The position numbers were made by a program, and so were the translations under genes. The notes beneath the pieces are model-generated. The model made no database searches and had not been told where the DNA came from. It saw nothing but the letters and a program-made list of their open reading frames with translations. A stretch of 19,956 nucleotides of DNA from Opitutales bacterium (GTDB taxonomy: Bacteria > Verrucomicrobiota > Verrucomicrobiia > Opitutales > JABSRG01): assembly GCA_049599475.1 (NCBI GenBank), contig JBMYOQ010000073.1:1-19956 (forward strand). The letters are read 5' to 3'. This document shows, piece by piece, positions 1-9,853 of this stretch. The number at the start of each line of letters is the position of its first letter. Within the stretch, counting starts at the first letter, position 1.

Positions 1-55
1 TATCAATCGCTTCAATTATTGTCTGGATGCGGGGGTAATTTGAAGACAGCCCCTA
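1..55. mobile_element. Partial end of a probable insertion sequence, truncated by the window start (terminus ...TTTGAAGACAGCCCC followed by TA)
   Basis: Positions 3-55 are the exact reverse complement of 19904-19956 (53/53). The terminus GGGGCTGTCTTCAAA with an adjacent TA resembles IS terminal inverted repeats. Frame 2 reads INRFNYCLDAGVI* with TGA at 41-43, possibly a transposase C-terminus. The family cannot be assigned (IS5-family TA-targeting groups or IS1595/IS1016-like are both possible). Confidence 0.6.
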
Positions 56-217
56 TTCTGAAGGGCAGCGTATTCATTTCTGGGCGCCTTTAGTAAAGTT
101 TCTAGACTATGGGTGTAGAGGCTTTGCTCCTTGGTTTTTTGGGAGCTTTTTTGGGGAGTTTGGTGCATTTTTCGGCCTAAAGTCTTTTAGCTTTTCGGCG
201 ACTTTTCTGGGGATTTG

Positions 218-3200
218 ATGTGCCCCAATTTCGCTTTAGTGCGCGGTCTTCAGCGTTGTATCGCCGTTGCCTGGTCCTGTTTACTCGTGTTTTACGCAGG
301 ACCGGCTGTTTTGTGGGCGAATCCCTCCGGGGCTGAGCTTGTCTATGGGCAGGCCGTTTTTGATGAGGCCGGTGGGCATCTAGAGATCACGCAGAATGGG
401 GGACAGCTCATTATCGATTGGCAGGATTTCTCCATTGGAGCCGGAGAGACGACCCGCTTCGTTCAGCCTTCGATCGATGCAGTCGCGCTTAATCGCGTGA
501 TATCGGGAAACCTTTCTCAAATACAGGGTCAATTGCAGGCCAACGGCGAGGTGTATTTGATCAACCCCAATGGCATTATATTCGGCGAGAACGCTCGAGT
601 GGATGCAGCGGCTTTTACCGCCTCGACCCTGGATGTGGATAATAGCGATTTCCTCAACGGAGGCGATTTGACTTTCAGCGCTTCTGCGGAGGTTTTCGGG
701 CAGATTGTCAACATGGGGAGATTGGAAGCGGTTACAGGAAGCGTTACCCTCATTTCTGAAGTGATCATCAATAGCGGGTCAATCACGGCCACCGAAGGCT
801 CGGTAAACCTCGCCGCAGGTCGAGAGGTCATCGTGCAGCCGGATTCCGCTCAGAAGGTCTATATTTCCATCCCCAGCGATATAGCTGAAATCGAAAACTC
901 TGGCCTGATCGAGGCCGCACGCGCGGAAATCGTGGCTGCTCATAGCAACCCATACGCGCTGGCGATCAATCAAAGCGGCATTGTCCGCGCAACAGGCACG
1001 GAAGAAATCGATGGAGAGGTATGGCTCGTTGCCGAAGGGGGCACTGTGGACATTTCAGGCCTGATGTCGGCCAAAGACGCGGACAACTCCGGCGGCGAGG
1101 TCTTTGCCAGTGGTTCGCGGATAGGGGTATCCGATGGAGCTGAGATCACAGCAGAAGGCCTAGAAGCTGATGGGGGTCGCGTGCGTATTGGAGGGAGTCG
1201 TCGCGGACAGGACGATACAGTTTTCCATGCCGATCAGACTTACATCGCGGAGGGGGCAGACATTTCCGTAGATGCGTCCGGCGCAGATAGTACCGCGGGC
1301 ACCATCATCACCTGGGGCAATGATACCCTGCGCATGTTCGGGGACTTATCCGCACGCGGATTAGGCTCAGCCGCTGGTGGCTTCATCGAGACCAGTGCTG
1401 GGTGGTTTGATTTGGGAGACTCTGTTCCCGATGTGGGGTCAGACCAGGGCGCGGGCGGCGAGTGGCTCATAGATCCTTACAATATCAATATAACGAATAA
1501 TGGTTTAGATGAATTCGGCGATACGACGAACCCCTTTGACAATCCCAATACCGACGATGCCGAGCTTGACCGAGATACCATTGAGGCGGCTTTAGCGGGT
1601 GGAGTCGGGGTAACGGTCCGTATCGAAACGGGTGGAGGCGGAAGCCAGGATGGGAATATTAATATGAACGCCGATATTGACATCGATGGTATCGGCACGG
1701 GTGATACCCTTTGGCTCAAGGCTCACAATGATATTGAGCTAGGGGTCAATGATGAGATATCTGATAGTGATCTGGGTAGCGTCGATAACCTAAATGTGGT
1801 ACTTCAGTCGGACAGTGATGGCTCTGGTTTTGGGTCGGTGGTGTTACGCAATGGCGGGAGTATTTATACTTATGGAGGTGAGGTAATTATTTCAGGAGGG
1901 GATACCTCTGGAGAAGCGGATGAGGCTGCAGAATTAGCCTACCTCCGCACCACGGGTTTTACCCAAGGTACAGCGAATTCTTCTGAGCGAGGCTTACGAT
2001 TGTGGGAATCCGCTGAGATCAATACAGGTGCGGGCAATATCACGATTCGCACCGATGGTGCTTCAGGGGTGGGAATGTTCCTGCAAGGGGATATTGTGAC
2101 CACAACCGGCAATGTTACTTTGGTGGGCACTACGGAAGGCCCAGGCAACTCTGGTGTCGTTATGGACGGCACGTTTTCTATCACGAGCAGCGGCGGTGAT
2201 GTCTCGATCACCGGAACGGGAAATAGCGACAACTCGGGCGGTTTTCCGTCCGCGCATGGAATAGAAATTCGAGGGGCGACTATCACGCTCACTGGGGATT
2301 CGACTCTTACCATGACCGGAACCGGGAGCCAGGAAGTGAATGACGATGGAAATGTAGGGATATATTTCAATACAACTGGATCCAGTGTGTCCGTGGAAAA
2401 TGGAAATATGATCCTTAACGGCACTGGTGGAATCGGTTCATTGAGTCCGGGTATTTATTTTACTGACGATGGCTCGATTCTCTCTACGGGCAGCGGAAAC
2501 ATTAGCATCGACGGCACAAGCAACGGCGCGGGGATCGGTATCGCTTCTGACGGCACCTACACCATTGGAGGCGGCTCAATGAGCGGGGATATTACACTCA
2601 CTGCCGGGACTGTGTCGGGGGCCGATAGCTTTGTAATCGGTGCAAATATGACTTTCACAACTTCCGGGACAGTCGCATTTCAAACCGATACCGACGCAGA
2701 TACCATTGGAATAGGCGATAGTGCTACGGGTCTTTTCAATCTCAGCGCCGAAGAACTTGCCGGCATTACCGATGGCACCGCAGGTATCATTATTGGCAGT
2801 ACAACCGGAACGGGTGCGATCGATGTAGAAGCCTTGACCTTCACCGACGATGTGTTGATCCGGTCTTTGTCTGGGGATATCGACATCGACGGCGCCCTCA
2901 GCGTGGGTGCAAATAATCTTCGTATCAACACGGGCGGTACAGTGACCCAAAGCGCTGCAATCACTGCAGGCGGCTTATCCCTCAACGGAAGTGGAGCCAA
3001 AACTTTGGAGAACGCCAGTAATTATGTGGATACCCTCGCAATTTCCGGAGGGGAAACATCCTTTGTCGATACAGATGACTTAGTCCTAGGCAGTGTCACC
3101 GTATACGGCATTACGACTAATGGAATCACTGTTGGCGCCAATGACGTAAGCCTAGAAACCGGAGGCGCGCTGACGCAGACGCAAGCGATCGCTGCTACGG

Positions 3201-6200
3201 GCCTCGTCTTGCTCGGATCAGGCACCAAGACCCTTGAGAATACGTCCAATGATGTGGACAATATCGCAGCTACAGGTGGCTCCTTGAGCTATGTGGACGA
3301 TGATGATGTTGCTATAAACGACATCACTGTAAATGGCACGACCACTAGCGCGCTGTCTGTCTCGGGAGATGTGACTATCGACTCCGGAAGAGATATCGAA
3401 TTTGCCGCGAGTATCGATTACGATGGTACGGGAACCGGGAATACGCTATGGCTCAAGGCGGAGAGAGATATCAAAATTCAAAACTATGATATCACCGATG
3501 AGTCTGGTTCAGATGACAGTTTAAATTTGGTCTTCCAAGCGGATAGTGACGGTTCAGCCGACGGAGGGTACCGAATTCAAGATGCTACCATTACGACTAA
3601 CGGAGGTGAGATCATTATATCCGGAGGCGACACCTCGGCATTTGGCTCTCTAGCCGATGAATTAAACTATTTAAGAACCGCCGGAATGGCAGGGAATGGG
3701 CCACGTTTTCAACGTGGAGCTGCCATTGACGGAGCAACTGCATTATCTACAGGCACCGGCGATATAACGATACGTGCTGCCAGTGATGATGGTAATGGTA
3801 TCACTTTAGATAACACTGCTTCGATTACGACCACGACGGGTGACATTACCTTATATGGCAGTGGATATGGTGTATACTATGGATTCAGGATGGATAATAG
3901 CAATGCCGCAATTACAACTAGCGGTGGGGATGTGAGTATCACTGGCATTTCCGATTCGGCGAATGCGGGTTCAAATTTATCTAATCGGGGTGTTTATATT
4001 GAAGGTGATATTACTGTATCCGGTGATGCTGTTGTAACCATTTCGGGGACAGCGTCCCAACAACCCAATGACACGACAAGTGCGGGTGTTGAATTAGATG
4101 ATACTGCAGATATTCAGGTAGAAAACGGCGATTTGATCATAAGCGGGACCGGAGGATTTGGCTCGACTGCTTACGGAGTCGAATTTAACGGGGATGCGAA
4201 TCTAGTATCCACGGGGACGGGCAATATCAGCATCACAGGACTGAGCTCTGGCACCGCTCAAGGAATTTTCATGGCTTCGACGAGTTCCTTCACCCTTGGG
4301 AGTGCTACGATGACGGGTGATATCACGCTTATCGCGGGATCCGGCGGAGCGGCAGACAGTATTACCTTAGACACGGATTTAACAATCGATACCTCGGGCA
4401 CCGTTTTCTTACGTCCAGTCAGTGCGAGTGAAGCGATCGGTATCGGCGATTCCGCTACTGGAGTTTTCAATTTAGACGCTGGTGAACTTGGAACGATCGC
4501 AGATGGCGCAGCGACTATTGTCATAGGCGGCACCGACGGAACGGGTGCGATCGATGTCGAGGCTTTGACTTTTACTGATGACCTCCTGCTGCGGTCTCTC
4601 TCCGGTGATATCGATATCGATGGAGCACTCAGCGTAGGGTCCAATGATCTGGGTATCGAAACCGGCGGCACTGTTTCTCAAAGTGCTGCGATCACCGCAG
4701 GAGGGCTTGTCTTGACTGGATCGGGTACGAAGACTCTCGAGAATTCCTCAAACGACGCGGACATTATCGCGGCTTCTGGCGGCACGGTTAGTTTCGTGGA
4801 TGATGATGACTTCGATATCGGCGATGTCACCGTAAACGGTACTACGACAAGCGCTCTTTCGGTTTCAGGAGATACGACTCTGGAAGCCTTGGATGGAAAT
4901 ATTAATTTTGCCTCAAGTATCGATTATGATGGTACGGGAACAGGGAATACGCTTTGGCTTAAGGCAGAGAATGATATTTTAACTCAAGGCTATGATATTA
5001 TTGATGGTAGTGGTTCCGATGACAGTCTGAATGTCGTGTTTCAGGCAGATTCCGATGCCTCTGGGGATGGGGGTATTCGAGTCGATGACGCAAACATCAC
5101 AACCAATGGAGGGGAGATATTGTTTTCTGGAGGTGATACTTCTGGTGAAGCGACGTCCGCAGATGAGTTGAACTACCTAAGGACAACTGGGGCTACCGGA
5201 AATGGTCCCCATTTTAACCGCGGGGTGCATGTGCATGGAACATCCGCTCTATCTTCTGGCGTAGGGAACGTTACGATCCGTGGTGTCAGCAGCGGGGGTG
5301 AAGGGGTTCAGTTGTCAAACAGTGCTACGATTACCACGACGACTGGCGATGTCACCTTATACGGATCAAGCGGTAATTCTGACAATGGCGTTAATATAGA
5401 CAATAGTAGTAATGAAATTACGACAAGTGGTGGAAGTATTGTCATTACAGGGATAGCGAATAGCACTGGATCCACGGGGTCCACAACGGCTCACGGTGTA
5501 AGAATTGAGGGGAATATTACAGGAACAGGAAGTTCTACGTTAAACGTCGCGGGCACAGGTAGTCAGCAGGCAAGTGACGATGACAATTATGGCGTATACT
5601 TTGACGATAATGCCGACGTGATCTTGGAGAATGGCGATGTATTCATTACCGGGATCGGAGGAAACGGGGCCAATGGCCATGGAATATACTTTAACAATGA
5701 CTCGGAATTGGGAACAACGGGTAGTGGAAGTGTCACTCTGGATGGCACTAGTAATGGAGATGCTTACGGCATCTTCTCAAATGTAACCGGGAGTAGCAAT
5801 ATCATCGGTAGCTCGACGATGACTGGGAATATCACCCTGATAGCCCACACAACGAGCGGGGCTGATAGTATATTGCTGGATACACTTTTGGAAATCGACA
5901 CCGGAGGCACCGTTTACTTGCAATCGGGTAATGCTAGTTCGACGATTGGCCTGGGCGATGGCGCGATCGGAGAATTTAATTTAGGCTCCAATGAACTGGC
6001 CACTATTCAGGATGGTACCACAGCCATTGTCATCGGTGGCACCGATGGAACGGGCGCCTTCGACGTGGAAGCCCTTACCTTTACGGATGATGTATTGCTG
6101 AGGTCTCTTTCCGGCGATATAGACATCGATGGAGCTCTGAGCGTCGGCGCGAATAATCTCGGAATCGATACCGGAGGCTCAGTCACTCAAAGCGCGGCCA

Positions 6201-9200
6201 TCACCGCCACCGGCCTCGCGCTCCTCGGCGGCGGTACCAAGACATTGCAAAACGCTTCAAACGATGTGGACACCCTCGCCTCCGACGGCGCGGGGGCGAT
6301 TACTTTCGACGACGCGGATGATTTGACCATCGACTCCGTGACGGTGAATGGCACAACCACAAGCGGCCTTAATTCGAATGGGAATATTACTGTGGCCACT
6401 TTGACGGGAGATCTCACCCTCGATACCGATTCAGACACGGATGGGGCCAATGGTGCGACATGGTGGTTTAAAGCTGCAGACGATGTGTTAGTGAACGGAA
6501 ACGTAATCATTGACGATAGTTCGGGGAGCGACGATGCGGTGAATATCGTTGCTCAGTCGGACAGCGATGGATCAGGCGCCGGGGGCATTCAGTTTAGCTC
6601 AGGTTCACAGATTATCAGTAACGGCGGTGAAATTCTTTTATCCGGGGGAAATTACTCTAGTCTCGATGATTTAAGGGCACTGGGCCTAGCAGCGGGGACT
6701 TCGAACTCTGGAAATTACGGCGTGCGTGTGAACAGCGCCAGGCTGGAGTCAGGTGTGGGTAACATCACTATACGCGGTCAGGGTGGTCTTAATGATGGAG
6801 TGCGGATGGAGAACAGTTTTGTCGTCAGTTCGACAACCGGGGATATATCAGTCTACGGCGAGGCGGCTAATGTGGATGATGTTGGTGTAGGAATCGCTGT
6901 AGGTAGCATTACGAGCTCCGGTGGGGCAGTTTCGATTACGGGATTCGGTGAGAGTTCTAACATTTTATCCGATAGAGATGCCCATGGTATCAGTGTTTAC
7001 AATGGAGCGGATATTACCTTAACGGGTGCCTCCTCGTTGAGGCTTGATGGAACTGCATCCCAGCAAGTCAATATAGATGATAGCTACGGAGTATTGATTA
7101 CGGGATCGGGCACGACTGTCTCTGTCGAGAATGGAGACATGACAATCGAAGGCACTGGGTCTCGGGATCTTACCGGTTATGGCGTCGTTTTAGCCGATGA
7201 GGCGATTATTCAATCTACGGGTACTGGAGATATTTCGATTACCGGAACAAGCGAAGATTCATTGGGTATCTACACAGATTCAGCATCTGCATTTACAATC
7301 GGTGGGGCTAGTATGACAGGTGATATTTATTTGATAGCTGATGATACTACAGATTCCGATAGCATCCTATTGGATACAGACCTTACGATACAGACTTCAG
7401 GTACCGTATATCTTCAACCCGGTTCAGCTGGAGAAACGATTGGTATCGGAAATTCAGCTACAGGAGACTTTAACCTAGATGCCGGTGAGCTCGGTACGAT
7501 CGCAGATGGAGCTGCGGCTATAGTCATTGGCCGAAGCGATGGGACAGGAGCGATCGATGTCGAAGCGCTCACATGGAACGATCCGCTCACAATCCAAGCT
7601 TTGACCGGTGAGATCGGTATCGACGGAACGCAGACCATGGGAGCTAATGATCTTACCCTTAGCTCCGACTCGATTGACTTGGGCGTCGCCAGCAGTGTCT
7701 CCGGTTCCGGAATTTTGACGATACGGCCAGGCCAAACGAATACGAACATCGGTCTCGGGGATGGCGCAGCCGGTACACTTTCTCTAAGCTCTACGGAAAT
7801 CGGAAATATATCGGACGGGTTCGACACGATCGTCATCGGCCGAAGCGATGGAACGGGCGCTGTAGATGTAGAGGCTTCGACCTTTGCGGACGATGTCAGC
7901 ATTCTATCGTCTTCGGGAAGTATCGATATCGATGGAGCGCTCAATGTAGGAACGAATAGTCTATCGATTGTAAGCGATGGCCTAGTGTCGCAAAGCGCGG
8001 CTATTACGGCGAGCGGCTTGAGTCTCTCTGGAGCGGGCACCAAGACCTTAGACAATGCGCTGAACGATGTGGATACCTTAGCCAGCTCAGGAGGGAGTGT
8101 CTCATACACCGATGCCGACGGGTTCTCTGTGGGCAGTGTGAGTGTCGATGGGGTCTCAATCGATGGCATTTCCACGGCGGGCACCTTAACGCTTTCTACG
8201 AGCGGCACGGTAACCCAGGCCGAGGCTATTTCGGCGTCGACCCTCACTTTGAATGGCACGGGAGGTGTTTATACCCTTTTAGATACAAGTAACGATATAG
8301 ATACGCTTATTGGCAATACTGGGACTGTTTCGCTCACTGAGGACGACGGACTGTCTCTAGGAACCATCAATGCGACCACCTTGGACCTTACCTCAACGGG
8401 AACGATTACTAATTCGGGAGCAATTACCGTATCAAGCGACGCCACTTTCAAAACACTGAATGATGCAGGTGCGACGATTACCTTGGATAATGCCGGAAAC
8501 GCATTTGGAACCGTCAGCGCGCAAGTGCGAAATAGTGCGGATTCTGCGGCGCGTGGTGCTGATATTTCCCTTACGAATACAGGTGATTTGGTTTTAGGTG
8601 CGATTACGACAACCGGAAGCTTTGCACTTACCGCCGATGGCATTATTACGCAGTCTGATGCTATTAAAGTGGACACGCTCTCTCTACTTGGCAGTGGGAC
8701 CTATACTCTGGAAAATGCCTCAAATGCCATCAATGAAATAGGAAATGTGTCCCGAGGGGGGAATTTTAGCCTGTATGATAGCAGTGGTGGATTGAATATT
8801 TCAGGAAGCTTTACCGGAACCTTGACCAATAGTGTCTCGATTAGAACCGTGGGAGATCTTTCTATGGGTTCGGGTGCTTCGGTTCTGACATCCGGTAGTG
8901 GCAATAACATTACTTTAGAAGCCAGTGGCGGAAGCTTCATTAACAATGCGGGTGCCAGTGCTCTGACCACAGATTCACGTTTTTTGATTTACTCGCAAAA
9001 CAGCGAATCCCCACACGAGAAAGGGGGGCTCTCAGGAGAGGAAGTCTATGGAGTAAGCTATGAATCTGATCCGCAAGGTTCCGGCAACGTATTCTATTAT
9101 TCCGAAGATGCTCCGACCGTGGAAGAGCCCGTAAGCGATGATCCGGTGGAAGAAGATCCAGTAAGTGAAGATCCGATTACTGAGGAACCTGTAGTGGACG

Positions 9201-9589
9201 AACCAGAGCCTTCTGAAGAGCCTGTAGAAGATACGATCGGGGAAAATTCTGATGAAGTCATTCCGGTTGATGAATCGCCGTCGAATGGAGATAGTGAGTC
9301 GGATGCAAGTGACGAAGTGTCGGTATTGCCTTCGAACACACTTTCGGAGCTCATTACATTGGAATATCTCATGAGTCCGGATGAATTTAGCTCAAATCCC
9401 GAAGGGGAAGCATCCCATGATGCACCGGAGCATATCCCTGTGTCGCTAGACATAGTGGATGCTGACAGTTGGCAAAACGTAAGCTACCGAAAACCCCCGG
9501 AGCCTCTCGACTATTTCGATGAAAAGCTCGATATCGAAATCATTTCCGTAGAATCAGGTACTGAATCGACAGAAGAAAGCTCCGATTAA
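218..9589 (+). CDS. Giant filamentous haemagglutinin-family / two-partner secretion TpsA exoprotein (HMW1-like secretion domain), probable adhesin
   Basis: Uninterrupted ORF of ~3,123 aa (TTG at 215, ATG at 218). Hydrophobic signal peptide ending ...VLWA/NPSG. Classic TPS domain motifs IIDWQDFSIG, ALNRV and GEVYLINPNGIIFG, then GGFIETS and GEWLIDP. The body is Gly/Thr/Ser/Asp-rich and beta-helix-like, followed by an acidic tail. Confidence 0.92.
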   Translation: MCPNFALVRGLQRCIAVAWSCLLVFYAGPAVLWANPSGAELVYGQAVFDEAGGHLEITQNGGQLIIDWQDFSIGAGETTRFVQPSIDAVALNRVISGNLSQIQGQLQANGEVYLINPNGIIFGENARVDAAAFTASTLDVDNSDFLNGGDLTFSASAEVFGQIVNMGRLEAVTGSVTLISEVIINSGSITATEGSVNLAAGREVIVQPDSAQKVYISIPSDIAEIENSGLIEAARAEIVAAHSNPYALAINQSGIVRATGTEEIDGEVWLVAEGGTVDISGLMSAKDADNSGGEVFASGSRIGVSDGAEITAEGLEADGGRVRIGGSRRGQDDTVFHADQTYIAEGADISVDASGADSTAGTIITWGNDTLRMFGDLSARGLGSAAGGFIETSAGWFDLGDSVPDVGSDQGAGGEWLIDPYNINITNNGLDEFGDTTNPFDNPNTDDAELDRDTIEAALAGGVGVTVRIETGGGGSQDGNINMNADIDIDGIGTGDTLWLKAHNDIELGVNDEISDSDLGSVDNLNVVLQSDSDGSGFGSVVLRNGGSIYTYGGEVIISGGDTSGEADEAAELAYLRTTGFTQGTANSSERGLRLWESAEINTGAGNITIRTDGASGVGMFLQGDIVTTTGNVTLVGTTEGPGNSGVVMDGTFSITSSGGDVSITGTGNSDNSGGFPSAHGIEIRGATITLTGDSTLTMTGTGSQEVNDDGNVGIYFNTTGSSVSVENGNMILNGTGGIGSLSPGIYFTDDGSILSTGSGNISIDGTSNGAGIGIASDGTYTIGGGSMSGDITLTAGTVSGADSFVIGANMTFTTSGTVAFQTDTDADTIGIGDSATGLFNLSAEELAGITDGTAGIIIGSTTGTGAIDVEALTFTDDVLIRSLSGDIDIDGALSVGANNLRINTGGTVTQSAAITAGGLSLNGSGAKTLENASNYVDTLAISGGETSFVDTDDLVLGSVTVYGITTNGITVGANDVSLETGGALTQTQAIAATGLVLLGSGTKTLENTSNDVDNIAATGGSLSYVDDDDVAINDITVNGTTTSALSVSGDVTIDSGRDIEFAASIDYDGTGTGNTLWLKAERDIKIQNYDITDESGSDDSLNLVFQADSDGSADGGYRIQDATITTNGGEIIISGGDTSAFGSLADELNYLRTAGMAGNGPRFQRGAAIDGATALSTGTGDITIRAASDDGNGITLDNTASITTTTGDITLYGSGYGVYYGFRMDNSNAAITTSGGDVSITGISDSANAGSNLSNRGVYIEGDITVSGDAVVTISGTASQQPNDTTSAGVELDDTADIQVENGDLIISGTGGFGSTAYGVEFNGDANLVSTGTGNISITGLSSGTAQGIFMASTSSFTLGSATMTGDITLIAGSGGAADSITLDTDLTIDTSGTVFLRPVSASEAIGIGDSATGVFNLDAGELGTIADGAATIVIGGTDGTGAIDVEALTFTDDLLLRSLSGDIDIDGALSVGSNDLGIETGGTVSQSAAITAGGLVLTGSGTKTLENSSNDADIIAASGGTVSFVDDDDFDIGDVTVNGTTTSALSVSGDTTLEALDGNINFASSIDYDGTGTGNTLWLKAENDILTQGYDIIDGSGSDDSLNVVFQADSDASGDGGIRVDDANITTNGGEILFSGGDTSGEATSADELNYLRTTGATGNGPHFNRGVHVHGTSALSSGVGNVTIRGVSSGGEGVQLSNSATITTTTGDVTLYGSSGNSDNGVNIDNSSNEITTSGGSIVITGIANSTGSTGSTTAHGVRIEGNITGTGSSTLNVAGTGSQQASDDDNYGVYFDDNADVILENGDVFITGIGGNGANGHGIYFNNDSELGTTGSGSVTLDGTSNGDAYGIFSNVTGSSNIIGSSTMTGNITLIAHTTSGADSILLDTLLEIDTGGTVYLQSGNASSTIGLGDGAIGEFNLGSNELATIQDGTTAIVIGGTDGTGAFDVEALTFTDDVLLRSLSGDIDIDGALSVGANNLGIDTGGSVTQSAAITATGLALLGGGTKTLQNASNDVDTLASDGAGAITFDDADDLTIDSVTVNGTTTSGLNSNGNITVATLTGDLTLDTDSDTDGANGATWWFKAADDVLVNGNVIIDDSSGSDDAVNIVAQSDSDGSGAGGIQFSSGSQIISNGGEILLSGGNYSSLDDLRALGLAAGTSNSGNYGVRVNSARLESGVGNITIRGQGGLNDGVRMENSFVVSSTTGDISVYGEAANVDDVGVGIAVGSITSSGGAVSITGFGESSNILSDRDAHGISVYNGADITLTGASSLRLDGTASQQVNIDDSYGVLITGSGTTVSVENGDMTIEGTGSRDLTGYGVVLADEAIIQSTGTGDISITGTSEDSLGIYTDSASAFTIGGASMTGDIYLIADDTTDSDSILLDTDLTIQTSGTVYLQPGSAGETIGIGNSATGDFNLDAGELGTIADGAAAIVIGRSDGTGAIDVEALTWNDPLTIQALTGEIGIDGTQTMGANDLTLSSDSIDLGVASSVSGSGILTIRPGQTNTNIGLGDGAAGTLSLSSTEIGNISDGFDTIVIGRSDGTGAVDVEASTFADDVSILSSSGSIDIDGALNVGTNSLSIVSDGLVSQSAAITASGLSLSGAGTKTLDNALNDVDTLASSGGSVSYTDADGFSVGSVSVDGVSIDGISTAGTLTLSTSGTVTQAEAISASTLTLNGTGGVYTLLDTSNDIDTLIGNTGTVSLTEDDGLSLGTINATTLDLTSTGTITNSGAITVSSDATFKTLNDAGATITLDNAGNAFGTVSAQVRNSADSAARGADISLTNTGDLVLGAITTTGSFALTADGIITQSDAIKVDTLSLLGSGTYTLENASNAINEIGNVSRGGNFSLYDSSGGLNISGSFTGTLTNSVSIRTVGDLSMGSGASVLTSGSGNNITLEASGGSFINNAGASALTTDSRFLIYSQNSESPHEKGGLSGEEVYGVSYESDPQGSGNVFYYSEDAPTVEEPVSDDPVEEDPVSEDPITEEPVVDEPEPSEEPVEDTIGENSDEVIPVDESPSNGDSESDASDEVSVLPSNTLSELITLEYLMSPDEFSSNPEGEASHDAPEHIPVSLDIVDADSWQNVSYRKPPEPLDYFDEKLDIEIISVESGTESTEESSD
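1660..7620 (+). repeat. Four large tandem intragenic repeats (~500-580 aa each) in the TpsA gene
   Basis: Anchor motif TLWLKA/TWWFKA has its Trp codon at 1712, 3449, 4955 and 6464 (spacing 1737, 1506, 1509 nt). Each unit also carries QSDSD/QADSD, GGEII.SGG, VENGD/N and GTGAIDVEALT motifs. Boundaries are approximate. Confidence 0.9.
9122..9196 (+). repeat. Degenerate 15-bp tandem repeat encoding [DE][DE]P[VI]x pentapeptides
   Basis: gaagagcccgtaagc / gatgatccggtggaa / gaagatccagtaagt / gaagatccgattact / gaggaacctgtagtg = EEPVS DDPVE EDPVS EDPIT EEPVV. Confidence 0.75.
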
Positions 9590-9674
9590 ATCGCTCCAGC
9601 GGTGATTGATTCCTAAAGGGCAATATCCGAAGGCCTCATGCCCTTGTGTCGGCCTATCGGAAATAGAAGGGAGC

Positions 9675-9692
9675 GACGCTGTCCTCAGCGTC
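9675..9692 (+). terminator. GC-rich hairpin downstream of the TpsA gene, possible terminator or RNA-stability element
   Basis: Perfect 7-bp stem GACGCTG-tcct-CAGCGTC, 85 nt after the stop codon. There is no U-tract, so it is not a canonical intrinsic terminator. Confidence 0.3.
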
Positions 9693-9756
9693 ATCAGAGC
9701 CATCCAAGGCGAACATTGGGGGAGTCTGTCCCAAAACTCTGATAAATCTCTATTTA

Positions 9757-9853
9757 GGTAGCGCGCGCTCACCGAGCGAGCATGATTCGACCTTAGCCGC
9801 GCTAGTCGTTTGGGCTAACGCGCTCATGCCGGATACGGTGATCCGGCGCCACC
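9757..9853. repeat. REPIN/BIME-like element: two inverted GTAG/GTGG-type REP hairpins
   Basis: Left arm 9757-9785 GGTAGCGC-GCGC-TCACCG-AGCGA-GCATGA aligns with the reverse complement of the right arm 9824-9853, GGTGGCGC-CGGA-TCACCG-TATCCG-GCATGA. Each arm folds into its own hairpin. There is also an inner TTAGCC/GGCTAA stem (9793-9798/9813-9818). Confidence 0.65.

Noticed and set aside
151..168. Possible sigma-54 promoter TTGGGGAGTTTGGTGCAT (GG-N10-GC) upstream of the TpsA gene
   Set aside because: Only the spacing fits. It matches TGGCAC-N5-TTGC poorly and lies in a G/T-rich tract where chance hits are likely.
529..9453. Numerous minus-strand ORFs (60-281 aa) inside the TpsA gene
   Set aside because: They are antisense shadows of a long repetitive coding frame, with Pro/Ser/Val-rich translations and no recognisable motifs.
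218..9589. CdiA-type contact-dependent inhibition toxin
   Set aside because: There is no VENN or pre-toxin motif, no C-terminal toxin domain and no small downstream immunity gene.
9554..9772. 72-aa minus-strand ORF in the intergenic region
   Set aside because: It overlaps the TpsA stop, hairpins and the REP-like arm, and has no coding signature.
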